Of a stretch of 27,286 nt of DNA, positions 24,758-27,286 are shown piece after piece (position 1 is the stretch's first letter; each line of letters begins with the position of its first letter). The stretch is from an uncultured Gammaproteobacteria bacterium. GTDB taxonomy: Bacteria; Patescibacteriota; Microgenomatia; UBA1406; GWC2-37-13. Below the pieces are notes generated by a model. That model made no database searches, was not told the DNA's origin, and worked only from the letters and a program-made list of their open reading frames with translations. The stretch is taken from positions 2,867 through 30,152 of the forward strand of contig CAYSLG010000001.1 of NCBI GenBank assembly GCA_964431935.1. Reading direction: 5' to 3'. Made by a program: the position numbers and the translations under genes.

Positions 24758-24841
24758 GCATAACGTATAACCTGTAACATATAACAAAGATTTATCTCTT
24801 TTTTGCTTTTTAGGTTACACGTTACACGTTATACGTTATAC
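24758..24841. repeat. Inverted pair of 4x heptad arrays (NNNTAAC / GTTA[C/T]AC) at the mraY-murD junction
   Basis: 24758-24785 pairs with 24814-24841 at 24/28 positions around a 28-nt loop. Confidence 0.88.
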
Positions 24842-24850
24842 ATTTTCAGG

Positions 24851-26167
24851 ATGACTCAAGTTGTAGAGAATCTAAAAAGAAAATATCAGCATAAGAAAAT
24901 TCTTATTGTCGGTCTTGGTCTTCAAGGCGGGGGAGCAGGGCTCGCAAAATTTTTTGCGGAGCTTGGAGCATATGTTCATGTTACGGATAAAAAACCAAAA
25001 GAAGCATTGATTCCGTCTCTTAAAGTATTGGAGCATCTTCCTGTTTCATACACATTAGGCAACCACAAGCTTAGCGATTTTCTTCAGGCGGATGTTATTT
25101 TCAAGGGTCCGTCGGTTCCGTGGAATCTTCCCGAAATTATTGAAGCGCAGAAGAGACATGTTCCTGTTGAAATGGAATCTTCTTTTTTTGCATCGCATTG
25201 TCCTGCAAAGATTATCGGCGTTACCGGCACACGGGGCAAATCAACAACATCCGCAATGATATATCATGTGATGAAAAAACACACGATGCCGGTATATCTT
25301 GCCGGCAATATCCCCGGCGTTTCCACCATATCATTACTGCATCATGTTACGGAATCAGATTGGGTAATTCTTGAACTTTCTTCATGGCAGCTGTCGGGAT
25401 TTCACCGGAAAAAAATCAGTCCGCATATCGGTATTCTGACCAACATATATCCCGACCACTTGAATTATTATGAAACTATGGACGAATATATCTATGATAA
25501 AAAAGCGGTGTATGCGTATCAGGAAGAGGATGACTATCTTGTTGTAAATAATAGTTTGAGAAAGATGGTAGAAAACGATAATCCGAAAAGCTCCGTAATT
25601 TTTTTTGAGAATACCAGTAATCATATTGAAGAAAACAAATCGGCAGCGCGTGAAGTTATAAAAATCACAGGGTGCAATGCCGAATCATTTGATCGGGATA
25701 TTTGCGACTTTGCAGGGCTTCCGTACCGCCTGCAGAAAATTTCTTGCCAAGGCAAGCACTCTGGTATTATCTTCATTAACGACAGCGCCTCAACAACCCC
25801 CACCTCAACAGAAAAAGCAATTGACTCTTTCCCCGGCTCATCAATTATTCTCATCCTTGGCGGCAATTCCAAAAAACTTCCATGGGACACGCTGATGAAA
25901 AAATTAAAAGCGGTAAAACAGGTTGTTCTTTTGAAGGGATCGTTTACCGATGAGATTCTCCCGGAGTTGCAGCAACATTATGCCGATACAATAACAAAAG
26001 TGTTTGATAATTTGGAATGTGCGGTAGGAAAAGCGTATGAAACCGCAAAAACACAAAAAGAAAAAACCGTTATTCTTTTTTCTCCTGCCGCCACTTCATT
26101 CGCCATGTTCCAAAATGAGTTTCATAGGGGAGAGGAGTTTGATAAAATAATAAAAGGATTGTTTTAA
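24851..26167 (+). CDS. murD: UDP-N-acetylmuramoyl-L-alanine--D-glutamate ligase
   Basis: ILIVGLG, IGVTGTRGKSTT, LAGNI, LELSSWQL, NIYPDHL, GLPYRL, NDSASTTP, FSPAATSF..F.NEFHRG. ATG 24851 preferred; the track start at 24803 translates the repeat arm. Confidence 0.95.
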   Translation: MTQVVENLKRKYQHKKILIVGLGLQGGGAGLAKFFAELGAYVHVTDKKPKEALIPSLKVLEHLPVSYTLGNHKLSDFLQADVIFKGPSVPWNLPEIIEAQKRHVPVEMESSFFASHCPAKIIGVTGTRGKSTTSAMIYHVMKKHTMPVYLAGNIPGVSTISLLHHVTESDWVILELSSWQLSGFHRKKISPHIGILTNIYPDHLNYYETMDEYIYDKKAVYAYQEEDDYLVVNNSLRKMVENDNPKSSVIFFENTSNHIEENKSAAREVIKITGCNAESFDRDICDFAGLPYRLQKISCQGKHSGIIFINDSASTTPTSTEKAIDSFPGSSIILILGGNSKKLPWDTLMKKLKAVKQVVLLKGSFTDEILPELQQHYADTITKVFDNLECAVGKAYETAKTQKEKTVILFSPAATSFAMFQNEFHRGEEFDKIIKGLF

Positions 26168-26185
26168 GACAATTTAAAAGTACTC

Positions 26186-27286
26186 ATGAAGTACGAAAAA
26201 AACAAGCTTTCAAACGGTGCTACATTAGGAGTAATTCATATTCCAGGTATAGAATTTGTAACTATTTCTGCTTTTATTAAATCGGGATTCAAATATGATC
26301 CGCCAGACAAACGAGGTATAGCCCATCTTACCGAACATATGCTTTTTAACGGGACTGCAAATCATCCGTCATCAAAATTATTTGCATGGGCGATTGAACG
26401 TTTGGGAGGTTATTTTTATGGCTTTACATGGATAGAATATCAGCAATATACTCTGTGCCTTCCTAAAAATTTTTTTGAGCAAGGAATTTCGTTATTGTTT
26501 GATATGATTGTTCATCCTTTGTTAGATGAGAAAGATTTTGAACAAGAAAAAAAACGAGTTCAAGAAGAAATTTTGAGAAATACAACTAATTCTGAAAATG
26601 CGGTTTTTGAATATGTGTGGTTACCTTTATTTTTTCAAGGGACACATCTGGATCATCCGTATTCAGGATTTAAAAAAGATATTGAAAAACTTACCATTGA
26701 TGACTGCCGTCTTTTTTTTAAGCAAAATCTGCTTCCGGAATCTACTGTTTTTATCATTGCAGGAGATTTGTATAAAAGCACTATTCTTAAAGTTTTCAAT
26801 CAATACAATATACAATATCCCAAACAGGAAGATTCTCGGCAAATAACAATCGCGCCAAGACAAAAAAAACACGTTTCAATCGCAAAAAGCGATAACGAAC
26901 GGTCGTCAATCGTTATTGGAATGGGCGGAGTTAATTTTCAGAGCAAAGAAAAGCATATTTTAGAATTATTAAAAGATTTACTAGGAGGATATTTTGGGGC
27001 ACGTCTTCCCCAGCGCCTTAAAGAAGAAGGAGGCTTAATTTACAATTGGGATATTTGGCAGGAAAACTTATCAGATACCGGCTATATGATATTCAGGACA
27101 TCAACTCATAATAAAAACGTTGAAACATTAATTGCTATTGTATTGGATGAATTTAGCAAATTAACAAAAGAACTGGTAAAAAAAGAAGAACTTGATGTGG
27201 TTAAAGGGCATGTAAGCGGTAGTTTGTTCTGTAATATTCAAACAGCTTTTGACTTTACTCAATGGTATGGATTGCAGGAATTGTTG
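26186..27286 (+). CDS. M16-family (insulinase/pitrilysin-like) zinc peptidase, 3' end runs off the window
   Basis: Hand translation from ATG 26186: MKYEKNKLSNG, GIAHLTEHMLFNGT (inverted zincin HxxEH), EKKRVQEE, LGGYFGARLPQRLKEEGGLIY. Frame open to the window end (367 codons). Not in the ORF track. Confidence 0.92.
   Translation, partial: MKYEKNKLSNGATLGVIHIPGIEFVTISAFIKSGFKYDPPDKRGIAHLTEHMLFNGTANHPSSKLFAWAIERLGGYFYGFTWIEYQQYTLCLPKNFFEQGISLLFDMIVHPLLDEKDFEQEKKRVQEEILRNTTNSENAVFEYVWLPLFFQGTHLDHPYSGFKKDIEKLTIDDCRLFFKQNLLPESTVFIIAGDLYKSTILKVFNQYNIQYPKQEDSRQITIAPRQKKHVSIAKSDNERSSIVIGMGGVNFQSKEKHILELLKDLLGGYFGARLPQRLKEEGGLIYNWDIWQENLSDTGYMIFRTSTHNKNVETLIAIVLDEFSKLTKELVKKEELDVVKGHVSGSLFCNIQTAFDFTQWYGLQELL

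Noticed and set aside
23681-24841. Tandem repeats as a possible CRISPR array
   Set aside because: Units are 7-8 bp with no unique spacers and there are no cas genes.
24803-24850. Extended murD N-terminus (MLFRLHVTRYTLY...)
   Set aside because: It is a translation of the heptad arm from a TTG; ATG 24851 gives a typical MurD start.
1-27286. Alternative genetic code (UGA=Gly, as in Gracilibacteria/Absconditabacteria)
   Set aside because: All conserved genes read full length in the standard bacterial code, and TGA ends genes at expected positions (murJ, glmU, yvcK).
1-27286. Defence island, prophage, integron, tRNA or riboswitch
   Set aside because: No supporting motifs were seen. Intergenic spaces are short and accounted for, and only the two orphans remain unexplained.

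Overview
Core-genome window from an AT-rich bacterium using the standard bacterial code (TGA acts as stop). It most likely belongs to the Patescibacteria/CPR, Microgenomates-like; this is inferred from the N-terminally truncated MurE, the MraY N-terminal style, the lack of Shine-Dalgarno motifs and the short heptad arrays. Left part: metG (partial, minus strand, missed by the ORF track) with a small membrane-protein gene, then rpsO-pnp, an orphan, ftsK and a second orphan. Next comes a minus-strand murJ / AMP-phosphorylase-like / mltG operon. It is divergent from an enlarged dcw operon: mraZ-rsmH-ftsL-ftsI-murE-pgeF-murC-murB-murA-glmU(archaeal type)-yvcK/glmR-dgkA-mraY-murD, followed by an M16 peptidase running off the end. 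I found no tRNA, rRNA, CRISPR array, transposase, prophage or recognisable defence system. The most interesting signals are: (1) locus-specific 7-bp tandem arrays sharing a loose YAA core, twice arranged as long inverted pairs and once in frame inside rsmH; (2) a REP-doublet (REPIN-like) element with a compensatory base-pair change; (3) an AMP-phosphorylase-type enzyme lacking its N-terminal domain, coupled to murJ and mltG; (4) a 10-bp-period MraZ operator overlapping the mraZ start codon; (5) apparently leaderless operon heads and no SD motifs; (6) a trimmed MurE with an atypical specificity motif. All family calls come from motif recognition by eye, not database searches.
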